DNA of 64,000 nt. Origin: an uncultured bacterium. Its GTDB lineage: Bacteria > Patescibacteriota > Minisyncoccia > UBA6257 > 2-01-FULL-56-20. This document shows positions 1 to 8,793 of the stretch, in pieces. The stretch covers positions 232,306 through 296,305 of the forward strand of contig OY970126.1 of NCBI GenBank assembly GCA_963705915.1, written 5' to 3'. Numbering within the stretch: position 1 is the first letter of the stretch; every line of letters begins with the position of its first letter. A program made the translations under genes and the position numbers. The notes under the pieces are model-generated. The model ran no database searches, was not told the DNA's origin, and saw only the letters and a program-made list of their open reading frames with translations.

Positions 1-36
1 TCTTCGGAAGGCCATTTTTTTGCTATACTATGCATA

Positions 37-807
37 ATGTTTGGCGACTATAAAAACCTTGAAGAATTCAAGGAGGCATCTGGCTATACGATTGATGATG
101 TTTGGTATCCGAGAGTCACAAAAATCGTCACGATTAAATCGAAGCCGGCACTCTATTATTATTACGGCGAAGCGAAAAGTTTTAAGGCTGCTCAGGAAGC
201 GACCGAGCAATCAGCAAAAGAAGGTACCATGATCCACGAGGCGGTTGAAGGTTTTTTGCTTGGCAAAAACCCTGAGGTTCCGGACCAAGTGAAGCCCGCC
301 GTCAAATCGTTTTTGGAATTTTTTGATAAAAATAATATTCAGGTGACGTCGGATCTTGTTGAGCGCCGGATCGTGAACTATGATCATCGCTATGCCGGTA
401 CGGTGGATGCGATCGCGCTTATCGGTGGTAAACTCGGCGTCCTCGACATCAAAACATCGCAAGCGATCTATCGAGACTATTCTCTTCAGACGTCGGCATA
501 TATGGATGCGCTCAAGAGCCAATTCCAAAACCTTCAAACGCGATGGATTCTAAAAATCGACCAAGTCCAGTTTTGCAACAAATGTGGCGCACGGCGGCGC
601 ATCAAGGGCGGCCGCGAGAAAATAAAAATTGATTGGCGGAATAGCAAAATGAAAACCTGCGAGCACGAATGGGCAGAGCTTCAGGGAGATATTGAGCTTC
701 AAGAGTTCCCCTATTGGCAGGGTGACTTCCAGGCGTTTCTCGGGGCAAAGAAGCTTTGGGAATGGGAAAATGAGGAGTGGCTTAAAAAAGCAGGATATCT
801 GTCGTAA
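37..807 (+). CDS. PD-(D/E)XK nuclease superfamily protein
   Basis: GTMIHE helix, E..(YAGTVD)..D-I-K catalytic motif and Q-x3-Y motif (LQTSAY); CxxC insert (CNKC); extended -10 TGcTATACT 7 nt upstream of the ATG. Confidence 0.75.
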   Translation: MFGDYKNLEEFKEASGYTIDDVWYPRVTKIVTIKSKPALYYYYGEAKSFKAAQEATEQSAKEGTMIHEAVEGFLLGKNPEVPDQVKPAVKSFLEFFDKNNIQVTSDLVERRIVNYDHRYAGTVDAIALIGGKLGVLDIKTSQAIYRDYSLQTSAYMDALKSQFQNLQTRWILKIDQVQFCNKCGARRRIKGGREKIKIDWRNSKMKTCEHEWAELQGDIELQEFPYWQGDFQAFLGAKKLWEWENEEWLKKAGYLS

Positions 808-933
808 GAAGCAGTTGAAACGTCTCAGGTCTGAATTTCGTATAATACTATGAAAGGTCGAAGATGGCTGGCAAACAGCCCTTTCGCTTGCTTTTCTCTA
901 GATAAATCGATATCAAACCATTACATAAAAATC

Positions 934-1215
934 ATGTCGAAAACAGCATTGTGGATTACCATTGTCGTAGTCGTTGTCCTTATCGGAGCGGGTGTTTGGT
1001 GGTGGAGTATGGCTCAAAACCAAAATAATGCCTCCCCTGCCGTGACGACCGCCCAGCAGGCCGGCTCGAATGGTTCGCAGCCTGTCGGCAATTCAGACGC
1101 AGATATCAGTCAGGAGATGTCAAACGTTAATGCGCAAATGAACGGAATGAGCTCGGACTCAGCAAGCATCAATCAGGGCTTAAATGACCAGCCGGTTCAG
1201 CAATCACAACTCTAA
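934..1215 (+). CDS. small membrane-anchored hypothetical protein
   Basis: Start moved to ATG 934 (MSKTALW); N-terminal TM helix, then an S/Q/N-rich tail. Confidence 0.7.
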   Translation: MSKTALWITIVVVVVLIGAGVWWWSMAQNQNNASPAVTTAQQAGSNGSQPVGNSDADISQEMSNVNAQMNGMSSDSASINQGLNDQPVQQSQL

Positions 1216-1217
1216 CC

Positions 1218-2075
1218 ATGCATAAAACATTACAAACCGTAATCGCCGGAGGCAGCCTGGCGACCCTTCTGCTCGCAGGGCTCGCTCTCCCGGCTTTTGC
1301 GCAGACCTCTCCGGTTACGAGCCTTGGCTTAAGTGCCTCGACAACGGTTTCAGCGTCAGTTCGGGGTGCGGGCTTGGGCGCGAGCATCACCAGCGAAGCA
1401 AGCATCATTGCGATGGCGCAGCAGCGTGCCGACGAGGAAATTGCGCGCCGCATTACCGCATTGAATGCCTTGAGCACACGCATAAATGAGGTACAGAGGC
1501 TTTCTTCAGACGAAAAGAATACTCTCTCAGCATCGATTCAGTCACAGATCACGCTTATGAATAATCTTCAGGCGCAGATTGCGGCTGATGTCCAGTCAAA
1601 TTCGACCTCGTCTCTTAAAACCGACATCCAATCAATCACAAAATCCTACCGGATTTATATATTGATCATTCCGCAAGGAGCAATCGAAGCCGCGTCGGAT
1701 CGGGCGCTCATCATCGCAAACGGTATGAGCACAATTTCCGGTCAACTTCAGGCTCGCATTGCATCATCAACGGACGTGTCGGCATCAGTCATTGCGTCAG
1801 CCGAGGCCTCGCTTTCGGATATGAATGCGAAGGTCGCCGACGCGAATACGCAGGCAACGGCAGCTAACAGCGAAGTTGAGTCGCTCATGCCTGACAACGG
1901 CAACCAATCCGTTGAACAGTCGAACACCGCAGCTCTCAAAGACGCTCGCTCAAAGATCTTGGCTTCACAGCAGGACTTTGTAACGGCGCGTGAGGATGCA
2001 TTGGCCATCATCAAAGACCTTGGCATCAAAATCAGCAGTTCAATTTCTGCTGGTGCATCGACGACGGCACAATAG
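1218..2075 (+). CDS. secreted coiled-coil hypothetical protein
   Basis: Signal peptide ending AFA-Q; A/S/Q-rich helical heptads; 2-nt gap after the upstream gene. Confidence 0.75.
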   Translation: MHKTLQTVIAGGSLATLLLAGLALPAFAQTSPVTSLGLSASTTVSASVRGAGLGASITSEASIIAMAQQRADEEIARRITALNALSTRINEVQRLSSDEKNTLSASIQSQITLMNNLQAQIAADVQSNSTSSLKTDIQSITKSYRIYILIIPQGAIEAASDRALIIANGMSTISGQLQARIASSTDVSASVIASAEASLSDMNAKVADANTQATAANSEVESLMPDNGNQSVEQSNTAALKDARSKILASQQDFVTAREDALAIIKDLGIKISSSISAGASTTAQ

Positions 2076-2100
2076 GCGTTCGTTAAGTACTCATCATAAA

Positions 2101-2133
2101 ACCAAGAGAGGCGCGTGAGGCGCCTTTTTTGGT
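2101..2133 (+). terminator. intrinsic terminator of the 934-2075 operon
   Basis: Stem ACCAAGAGAGGCGC / GCGCCTTTTTTGGT with a T-run. Confidence 0.7.
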
Positions 2134-2153
2134 CGGCTAAGATTACGAGAAAT

Positions 2154-2189
2154 AAAAAAACAACCCAGTGCTACAAGAGCTGCTGGGTG
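2154..2189 (-). terminator. intrinsic terminator closing the candidate ncRNA
   Basis: Minus strand reads CACCCAGCAGCT-cttgt-AGCACTGGGTTG then TTTTTTT. Confidence 0.7.
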
Positions 2190-2800
2190 TTTCGTCTCCG
2201 CGGGAGAGGGTGGTGAAGCTCGTTCGCTTCTTCGGGTGCATGCCTGCTTGCGCAGAACTTGCATACGGAAGAAGAGAAGGACTCCCCGACCCACTCGCCG
2301 TGAGACTTGTGAGAAAGTTTCTGTACGATCATCCGAAGACGATCAAGACGACATACTCATGATTCTTTACCATCCTTTCGGACGGCGTCGCCTTTTGAAC
2401 CTTGCAAGCGGTTCCCATGTTTCCTTTTCGGCCGAAGCTTTAAAGGTCATAGTGGAATCCACTGCTTTGGATTCAAGTGTTACGGTGAGGGGTAAGCTTC
2501 CCTCTCGCTGATGCTTGTCCGAAATCGCGATCGTGTTCCCATCCAAGGACAGGCGCAACTTTCGCGTTCATCGCTACTTGCATCAAATCTACATCACTGC
2601 AGATTAACCCCAAGCCATTTCTAGCTCGAGACTTTCTCATTCATTTGCCGACTGTCTGTCGCCATACTTCAACCGGATGTGATCCAGTATCAGCAATGCC
2701 ACATTGCTTTATTTAGACGAGATCTCTCTCGCCAATGCGCTGGGACAGATTGAGTCGGGCAAAACTTTTCTTTTTTTAAATTCGTCTACCCGTTGTGCTG
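2154..2800 (-). ncRNA. candidate large (~640 nt) highly structured non-coding RNA, class unassigned
   Basis: No credible ORF; promoter upstream and terminator downstream; at least 6 hairpins with GNRA/UUCG loops and G-U pairs that work only on the minus strand; 9-bp long-range helix 2631-2639/2310-2318. Confidence 0.75.
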
Positions 2801-2806
2801 ATATCA

Positions 2807-2834
2807 ATAATACGTCCTACAAAAATAGCGTCAA
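2807..2834 (-). promoter_or_regulatory. sigma70-like promoter for the candidate ncRNA
   Basis: TTGACG (2834-2829), 16-nt spacer, TATTAT (2812-2807). Confidence 0.6.
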
Positions 2835-2909
2835 GGCCAAAAAATGCCTGTAAATGCTAGTAAACTGGATAACCTGTGGAATATCTGTGAAATCCAAAAA
2901 GGCCCTATT

Positions 2910-3587
2910 TTATTGCCAAACCGTCGAAACTGGCACTTCTATGCTGTAACCAAGCGTTGGGAGGCTCGAAGTAGAGGTGTTAAATGAACCAACATCAGCC
3001 ATCCACGTTGTCCCACTGGCCTCTAGTTGCCCAAAAATCATATCCTCGCTTGAGTTCGGAGAACTGCAGCCGTAATAGGCCACTGTGCCACTCGCGGTGA
3101 ACGGCAGTGTTCCTGTGAGCGGTGTGCAGTAGGTTCCGTCGGCCAATGCAACCGCCCACGCCCAGTTTGTCGGCGGGTTCTTTTCGGGTGATGTTTTGGG
3201 CAACGGCTTTGTAAGGTTCAATAAAAACGTTGATGTTCCATACGGTCCTTCCGCCGGGTTTACGCCACAAAGCAAGTTGGTGCTGCTCGCAATTTGAAAG
3301 CATGGATCGCTGATGGCATTGCCGACGGTGCAACGCCAGGCATCGGCCCGATAAGGAGCCGCTATGGAGTTTGCAAAACATGAACCATCTTCGACTGGCG
3401 CAGTTCCCGACGGCGGGGCAGTGGGTGCGAATGCAATCACCTCAGTCGGAGGCGTTGTCGGGGTTTCCGCAGTGGTGGTCGTCGTCGTGTTTTGATTTAT
3501 ATTCGAAAACGCAAAGAATTGGCCGACGCCGAATAATACAACGAGAAGGAGCACGATTATGACAACAATTTTACTGGTTCTATTCAT
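2910..3587 (-). CDS. membrane-anchored/secreted Cys-containing hypothetical protein
   Basis: N-terminal TM, Thr/Pro linker, domain with six Cys (CFANS..AWRC..DPCF..C..C..C). Confidence 0.7.
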   Translation of the reverse strand: MNRTSKIVVIIVLLLVVLFGVGQFFAFSNINQNTTTTTTAETPTTPPTEVIAFAPTAPPSGTAPVEDGSCFANSIAAPYRADAWRCTVGNAISDPCFQIASSTNLLCGVNPAEGPYGTSTFLLNLTKPLPKTSPEKNPPTNWAWAVALADGTYCTPLTGTLPFTASGTVAYYGCSSPNSSEDMIFGQLEASGTTWMADVGSFNTSTSSLPTLGYSIEVPVSTVWQ

Positions 3588-3596
3588 CAAATTGGT

Positions 3597-4316
3597 CTAC
3601 ATAAATCGAAACGTGCTGACGATCCGATCAAGCACCGCAGTCACCGTGGCGTCATCGAACGGGCGCAAGTTGTAGGAAGCGGGATAGTTTTCAATCTGCG
3701 CCGAATGGATGGTGTATTCCACTGAATAGCACTGGCCATTGTGTGTCGTTCGATAATCAGTCGTCTCGTAATAGTTCCCCGCTCCAACTCCCGTGAAGTG
3801 ATACACGAGAAACTGGATGCCATTCACCGTTTTTGTTGAGGTTGAATCTCCAGGGTTAGTGATAGGTCCCGGATTGAGACAATTCTGGAGAGCACTGGCG
3901 TCGCGGCTCGACCCAATGGTGAGCGTTGCGTCGGAGAAATTTGTTTGAGGCTCGAATGCAGATGGAACAGTAAGGGTGAAGAATTGCGTCCCTTCGGTGT
4001 TGTTCGATTCGAGGCTCCAGTTGGCTGTTGGAGATGGTGAATAGTTGTCCTGGGCTTCAAAATCGATCGGATATGCAACGCTAAATCCTCCGCTTGAATT
4101 CTGATCGGTTTGCCACTCGGCGGGGTTTGCATAATATTCCGACGGGCCGCTCGTTTGCGAGCGGCTCGTCGCACCAGTTATTCCTGAGCTTTGTACGGCT
4201 TGGAGTGCCTCTCCATATTGAACGCCCCAATAAAAACCGACAAACGGGAACACGATAAAGATGATGAGCGCGATCAATTTTGAATACCACGTGACTTTAT
4301 TGAATTCGATCTTCAT
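3597..4316 (-). CDS. membrane-anchored hypothetical protein (possible PsbP-like fold)
   Basis: N-terminal TM; W..(GFSVAYP) start of domain; C-terminal LDRIVSTFRF helix-strand. Confidence 0.65.
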   Translation of the reverse strand: MKIEFNKVTWYSKLIALIIFIVFPFVGFYWGVQYGEALQAVQSSGITGATSRSQTSGPSEYYANPAEWQTDQNSSGGFSVAYPIDFEAQDNYSPSPTANWSLESNNTEGTQFFTLTVPSAFEPQTNFSDATLTIGSSRDASALQNCLNPGPITNPGDSTSTKTVNGIQFLVYHFTGVGAGNYYETTDYRTTHNGQCYSVEYTIHSAQIENYPASYNLRPFDDATVTAVLDRIVSTFRFM

Positions 4317-4376
4317 ATGTACTATTTTACGTTTTTGATATAGTATTTGTCCAGAAGTTTTGACTGGAGAAAGTTC

Positions 4377-4805
4377 ATGACAGGAAGTTCTCGCTTAGCG
4401 TTGGATGCACTTGCCTTGGTGCAGTGTCTTTTCGCCTTACTCACTGGTTTCTATGGCTTTGTGCTGACGCGTCAAGGAGAAATACGATGGCGGGTATCGA
4501 GCGTCAACGATCATCGCAGCTCAGCCATAGGCCTTGCCTTCGTCGCGGTCGCTGCGGTAATAATCGTTGAGGCCGTACTTCTTCCCCATTCTGTACGACT
4601 TGTGCACACGCGACTTTATTGGTTCAATTTCGCCGTGAGCATAATCGGTATCGCCTCTTATGGTACCGCCGCATACTTTAACCCTGAGAGACGTTCCGAT
4701 CTGAAGAAGCTCCATCATGTTTGCGGTCGAATTGCCTGCGCATCTGCTGTCGTCGTAGCCTATAATGGATATCTCTTTTTAGGCCGCATTCCCCCGCTCA
4801 CGTAA
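4377..4805 (+). CDS. 4-TM membrane hypothetical protein
   Basis: GGAGA upstream of ATG 4377; four hydrophobic segments with nearby His residues. Confidence 0.55.
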   Translation: MTGSSRLALDALALVQCLFALLTGFYGFVLTRQGEIRWRVSSVNDHRSSAIGLAFVAVAAVIIVEAVLLPHSVRLVHTRLYWFNFAVSIIGIASYGTAAYFNPERRSDLKKLHHVCGRIACASAVVVAYNGYLFLGRIPPLT

Positions 4806-4820
4806 TGCTTTTGAGCGGGG
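4792..4820. terminator. hairpin between convergent genes
   Basis: CCCCGCTCA...TGAGCGGGG inverted repeat. Confidence 0.5.
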
Positions 4821-4825
4821 TTTCT

Positions 4826-5572
4826 TTATACCTGAATCTTCGAGAAGAAATAGCTGCCGAGTCCAAGGAAGACAATGGTGACTCCTGCGAGCACGATAAA
4901 GTCGACTCCTAAGCCGAAGGTCGTTGTGTTGAGGATGATTGCGCGGAATGAATCGACACCGTAGGACAACGGATCAAATTTTACGATTGCGCTGAGGGCT
5001 GCAGGAAGGCCTCCGAGCGGGAAAAGAGCGCCGGAAAGGAAAAATAGTGGCTGCACAAGGAAGTTCATAATCAATTGGAAGCCCTGCATATCTTCGAGAA
5101 GCGAAGCGATCATGGTGCCGAGTGCCGTGAAGAGCATGGCGACGAGCAACATGAAGACGATAAGTAACGGGACGAGCGCCCAGTTGTACGGAAGTACGCC
5201 AAAGAACAACGTTATGATAAAAACGATAAGTCCTTGGATTGTCGCGACCGTTGCGCCACCGAGTGTCCGGCCAATCATGATGTTTGTGCGTGAAACCGGC
5301 GCGACCATCGTTTCTTTTAAAAATCCGAACTGACGATCCCAGATGAGTTCAATGCCCGAGAAAATGGCCGTGAAGATGATGCTCATGCCGATCACGCCCG
5401 GTGCCAGGAAGTCGAAATAATTCCCCTGCCCCGCTGCTTTAAAGACAGACCCCAAACCGTAACCGAGGGCAAGTAAGAAGAGGATCGGTTGTCCGAGTGA
5501 GCCAACGATACGAGACTTTGAGCGGATATAGCGCTTGAGTGCGCGGAGCCAAAGGATGTAAATAGTTTTCAT
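4826..5572 (-). CDS. ABC-2 type transporter permease (DrrB-like)
   Basis: 6 TM; DRQFGFLKE..VAPVSR and FFLSGALFP motifs. Confidence 0.9.
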   Translation of the reverse strand: MKTIYILWLRALKRYIRSKSRIVGSLGQPILFLLALGYGLGSVFKAAGQGNYFDFLAPGVIGMSIIFTAIFSGIELIWDRQFGFLKETMVAPVSRTNIMIGRTLGGATVATIQGLIVFIITLFFGVLPYNWALVPLLIVFMLLVAMLFTALGTMIASLLEDMQGFQLIMNFLVQPLFFLSGALFPLGGLPAALSAIVKFDPLSYGVDSFRAIILNTTTFGLGVDFIVLAGVTIVFLGLGSYFFSKIQV

Positions 5573-5587
5573 AATTTTTTAATACTA

Positions 5588-6394
5588 TTATCGACGACCT
5601 CCGCCGCGCCACATGCGACCCATCTTTCTCATCTGATCGATCGACCCGGCATCTTCATCGCGGATTTCATGACCGGTGAGTTCGAGAAACGCATCTTCAA
5701 GCGAATCTTTCTTGGTTTGCGCTTTAAGTTCGGCTGAAGTACCGGACGCGATGATCGTTCCGTGATCGATGATTGCGATTCGCTGCGCAACGCGATCCGC
5801 TTCTTCCATATAGTGGGTGGTGAAGAATACCGTGATCCCTTCTGATTTATTCAACTCCTGCAAGTAGCTCCACATGTGATTGCGCGTCTGCGGATCGAGG
5901 CCAAGCGTTGGTTCGTCGAGAAACATGACTTTTGGATGATGCAAAAGACCGCGCGCGATTTCGAGCCGCCGCCGCATGCCGCCAGAAAATTCCTTTACCA
6001 GGCTATCGCGCCGGTCGTTGAGGTCGACGAATTTGAGGAGCTGATCGATCCGTTCGCGACGGAGCTTTCGCTCAACGCCGTACACGACGCCATGGAATTC
6101 CATGTTCTCCCAAGCGGTAAGCTCGTCGTCGAGGCTTGGATCTTGGAAAACTATGCCGAATGATTTTCGGACCAAGCTCGCCTCGTTTGCAGGATTATGA
6201 CCGTTTAACATAATCGTTCCGCTCGTTGGATTGAGAAGCGTCGTAAGCATCTTGATCGTCGTCGACTTCCCTGCTCCGTTCGGCCCCAAGAACGCAAAAA
6301 TCTCTCCGGGCTTTACCGAGAACGAAATGTCGTTTACCGCCGTGAAGTCCCCAAACTTCTTCACGAGGTTTGATACTTGAATAATGGAGTCCAT
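5588..6394 (-). CDS. ABC transporter ATP-binding protein (DrrA-like)
   Basis: Walker A GPNGAGKST, signature FSGGM, Walker B FLDEPT, H-loop TTH. Confidence 0.92.
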   Translation of the reverse strand: MDSIIQVSNLVKKFGDFTAVNDISFSVKPGEIFAFLGPNGAGKSTTIKMLTTLLNPTSGTIMLNGHNPANEASLVRKSFGIVFQDPSLDDELTAWENMEFHGVVYGVERKLRRERIDQLLKFVDLNDRRDSLVKEFSGGMRRRLEIARGLLHHPKVMFLDEPTLGLDPQTRNHMWSYLQELNKSEGITVFFTTHYMEEADRVAQRIAIIDHGTIIASGTSAELKAQTKKDSLEDAFLELTGHEIRDEDAGSIDQMRKMGRMWRGGGRR

Positions 6395-6416
6395 GTGGTA
6401 TGATTATTGAGAAGCT

Positions 6417-6442
6417 AAACTATTAAGTAACTTAACTAGTTT
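6417..6442. promoter_or_regulatory. palindromic operator-like site between divergent ABC operons
   Basis: AAACTA-TTAAGT-A-ACTTAA-C-TAGTTT. Confidence 0.4.
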
Positions 6443-6523
6443 ATCAGGGTACTATATCTCGTCAAGCATGGTATGTGGATAAGGCGTATATACTAGTACG
6501 AAGATCGTATTATTGATATTACT

Positions 6524-8065
6524 ATGACTCGCAAACGCATCATCTATCTTATCGTCGCGATTCTCGTTGTCGGAGGTTTAATGTACTATTTTGCCACCCG
6601 CAACTCAAGCGGGAAATACCAATTTGTTACCGTTCAACAAGGATCAATCACTGAGGTGGTAAGCGTCACGGGGAATACTACGCCCCAAACAAGCCTCGAC
6701 CTTGCATTTGAAAACGGCGGAACGATTGCGGTTGTCAATAAAAATGTCGGTGACCACGTGAGTCCGGGCGATGTTATCGCAGAGCTCAACACGAGCAATC
6801 TTCAGGCTCAGCTTGCACAAGCTCAGGCCAACGTTGACGAAGAACAGGCGCAGCTCGAAAATCTGCAAGCCGGCGCGCAGCCAGCCGATATTCAATCATC
6901 ACAAGCAGCTCTCCAAGGTGGCGAGCAGACGCTCGCCAATGATTATAGCAGCGTGAGCAACGTCCTCGCGGCCGCCTATGCGAACGCAAACGATGCTGTT
7001 CGCACGCAGCTCCAATCATTTTTCATTAACCCCGAGAGTCAGAACCCACAACTCACGTTTACGATCAATAATTCACAAACGCTCAACAACCTCGACGCAG
7101 CGCGTGCCCAGACGAGCGTTGAGTTGAATACGTGGCAACAGGAAGTCGGATCGCTCAGCGTCTCGTCGCCGTCTTCGTCACTCGACATAGCGCTCACGAA
7201 TGCCCTCAATCACCTAGCCGTCGTTAAAAATCTTTTAGCGCTCGCTTCCACCGCGCTCACCGAGGAGACAAGCCTTTCACCTACAACACTCGCAACCTAT
7301 AACGGCGAGGTGACTGCCGCGACAACCGAAACAAATACCGCGAATACCAACGTGACGACCGCAGCGCAGAATATCGCCTCGCAGAAAATAACCGTAGAGC
7401 AGTTGCAGGCGGAGCTCAACCTCAAACTTGCCGGTTCAACGCCGCAGCAAATCGCCGCCCAACAAGCGGAAGTTGAACAGGCTCAAGCAAGTGAGCAGAG
7501 CGTGCAGGTGCAAATCAACGAGGCTTCGCTGGTTTCCCCTATCGCGGGCGTCATTACCGTGCAAAATGCACAGGTTGGTGAGATTGCAGCTCCCGACGCC
7601 ACGATGACGTCGGTCATTTCAGATAATAACCTTGAAGTCGACGCTTATGTTCCAGAGACCGATATCGGTAAAGTGAATGTCGGCGATCCCGTGAGTATGA
7701 CATTCGATGCGTTCCAAGGACAGACGTTCACGGGTAAAGTATTTTATATCGATCCAGCCGAGACTATTCTCTCTGGCGTCGTCGACTATAAGGTGAAAGT
7801 TTCATTTGACACCGTTGACCCGCAGATGAAGAGCGGCCTTACGGCAAATCTCGATATCGATACTCAAACCGACAACAATGCGCTTATTCTCCCGCAGTAC
7901 GCGGTCCTCCAAAATGACCAAGGTAATTTTGTGGACATTTTGCAAAAAGGCTCGGTCGTGCAAGTCCCCGTGACTCTGGGTATCAGCGACAATCAGGGCA
8001 ATATTGAAATCGCTTCCGGTGTGACGGCTGGCGAACAGGTGCTGAATATCGGACTCAAGCAGTAG
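6524..8065 (+). CDS. efflux periplasmic adaptor subunit (MacA/HlyD-like)
   Basis: N-terminal TM, lipoyl-like halves (GDHVSPGDVIA; SPIAGVI), long coiled coil, beta-barrel (VPETDI..V..GD; MKSGLTA). Confidence 0.85.
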   Translation: MTRKRIIYLIVAILVVGGLMYYFATRNSSGKYQFVTVQQGSITEVVSVTGNTTPQTSLDLAFENGGTIAVVNKNVGDHVSPGDVIAELNTSNLQAQLAQAQANVDEEQAQLENLQAGAQPADIQSSQAALQGGEQTLANDYSSVSNVLAAAYANANDAVRTQLQSFFINPESQNPQLTFTINNSQTLNNLDAARAQTSVELNTWQQEVGSLSVSSPSSSLDIALTNALNHLAVVKNLLALASTALTEETSLSPTTLATYNGEVTAATTETNTANTNVTTAAQNIASQKITVEQLQAELNLKLAGSTPQQIAAQQAEVEQAQASEQSVQVQINEASLVSPIAGVITVQNAQVGEIAAPDATMTSVISDNNLEVDAYVPETDIGKVNVGDPVSMTFDAFQGQTFTGKVFYIDPAETILSGVVDYKVKVSFDTVDPQMKSGLTANLDIDTQTDNNALILPQYAVLQNDQGNFVDILQKGSVVQVPVTLGISDNQGNIEIASGVTAGEQVLNIGLKQ

Positions 8066-8066
8066 C

Positions 8067-8780
8067 ATGATCGATGTCCGCGACCTCCGAAAAGATTACA
8101 GCGAAGACGGTGAAGTGACGACGTCGGCGCTTCGCGGTGTCACCTTCACTATTAACAAAGGAGATTTTGTCTCGATCATTGGCCCCTCCGGGTCCGGCAA
8201 ATCAACGCTGCTCCAAATTCTCAGTTTTCTCGACCGACCGACGGGAGGCAGCTACACGTTTAACGGCAAAGGCATCGGGGAGATGTCCGATCTGGAGCTC
8301 GCCCATGTGCGCAACAAGCAAATGGGGTTTGTGTTTCAGGCATTCAACCTCCTTTCGCGCCTCACCGTTTATGAAAATGTTGAAATTCCATTGGTCTATT
8401 CGACCGTCGATCCGACGGAACGAAAAAAACTCATCGAGGAAGCCGTCCGATCGGTCGGCCTCGAAGAGAAGCTCTACGTCGAAACGGGCAAACTTTCCGG
8501 CGGACAAAAACAGCGTATCGCGATCGCCCGAGCGCTCGTCAATAACCCCGACATTATTTTTGCCGATGAACCGACGGGCAATCTCGACTCGAAATCCGGC
8601 GCCCAGGTGATGGATATTTTGGATACTTTGAACCATCAGGGCCATACCATTGTTCTTGTGACCCATGAAACTTATACGGCTGAATTTGCAGATCGGATCA
8701 TCGCGCTCCGCGATGGCATGGTTGAGAGCGATAAACCCGTGAAAAATCCGCGACACTCAAAAGATCAATTCTTTAAGTAA
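8067..8780 (+). CDS. ABC transporter ATP-binding protein (MacB/LolD-like)
   Basis: [30 protein letters not shown]. Confidence 0.92.
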   Translation: MIDVRDLRKDYSEDGEVTTSALRGVTFTINKGDFVSIIGPSGSGKSTLLQILSFLDRPTGGSYTFNGKGIGEMSDLELAHVRNKQMGFVFQAFNLLSRLTVYENVEIPLVYSTVDPTERKKLIEEAVRSVGLEEKLYVETGKLSGGQKQRIAIARALVNNPDIIFADEPTGNLDSKSGAQVMDILDTLNHQGHTIVLVTHETYTAEFADRIIALRDGMVESDKPVKNPRHSKDQFFK

Positions 8781-8793
8781 TACTATCAAGACT

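Noticed and set aside
37-807. Cas4 / CRISPR-Cas system
   Set aside because: No repeat-spacer array or other cas genes in the window, and the four-Cys Fe-S arrangement of Cas4 is not evident.
2094-2607. Short ORFs in the 2.1-2.6 kb gap, including a possible TGA-readthrough or frameshifted gene on the + strand
   Set aside because: No recognisable protein motifs or start signals. TGA is a real stop in this genome (dnaX, def), so code 25 does not apply. Strand-specific RNA structure explains the region better.
2154-2800. Identification of the candidate ncRNA as RNase P, tmRNA or a group I/II intron
   Set aside because: GAGAAAGUC and ACAGAA only loosely echo RNase P and do not form its P4 helix. 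There are no tRNA-like ends for tmRNA. There is no GUGYG start or properly paired domain V (CCGUAUGC is only a partial likeness), no convincing group I P7, and no interrupted host gene. A covariance-model search is still needed.
2860-2895. Replication origin
   Set aside because: Only two or three degenerate DnaA-box-like words, with no dnaA/dnaN neighbour or clear unwinding element.
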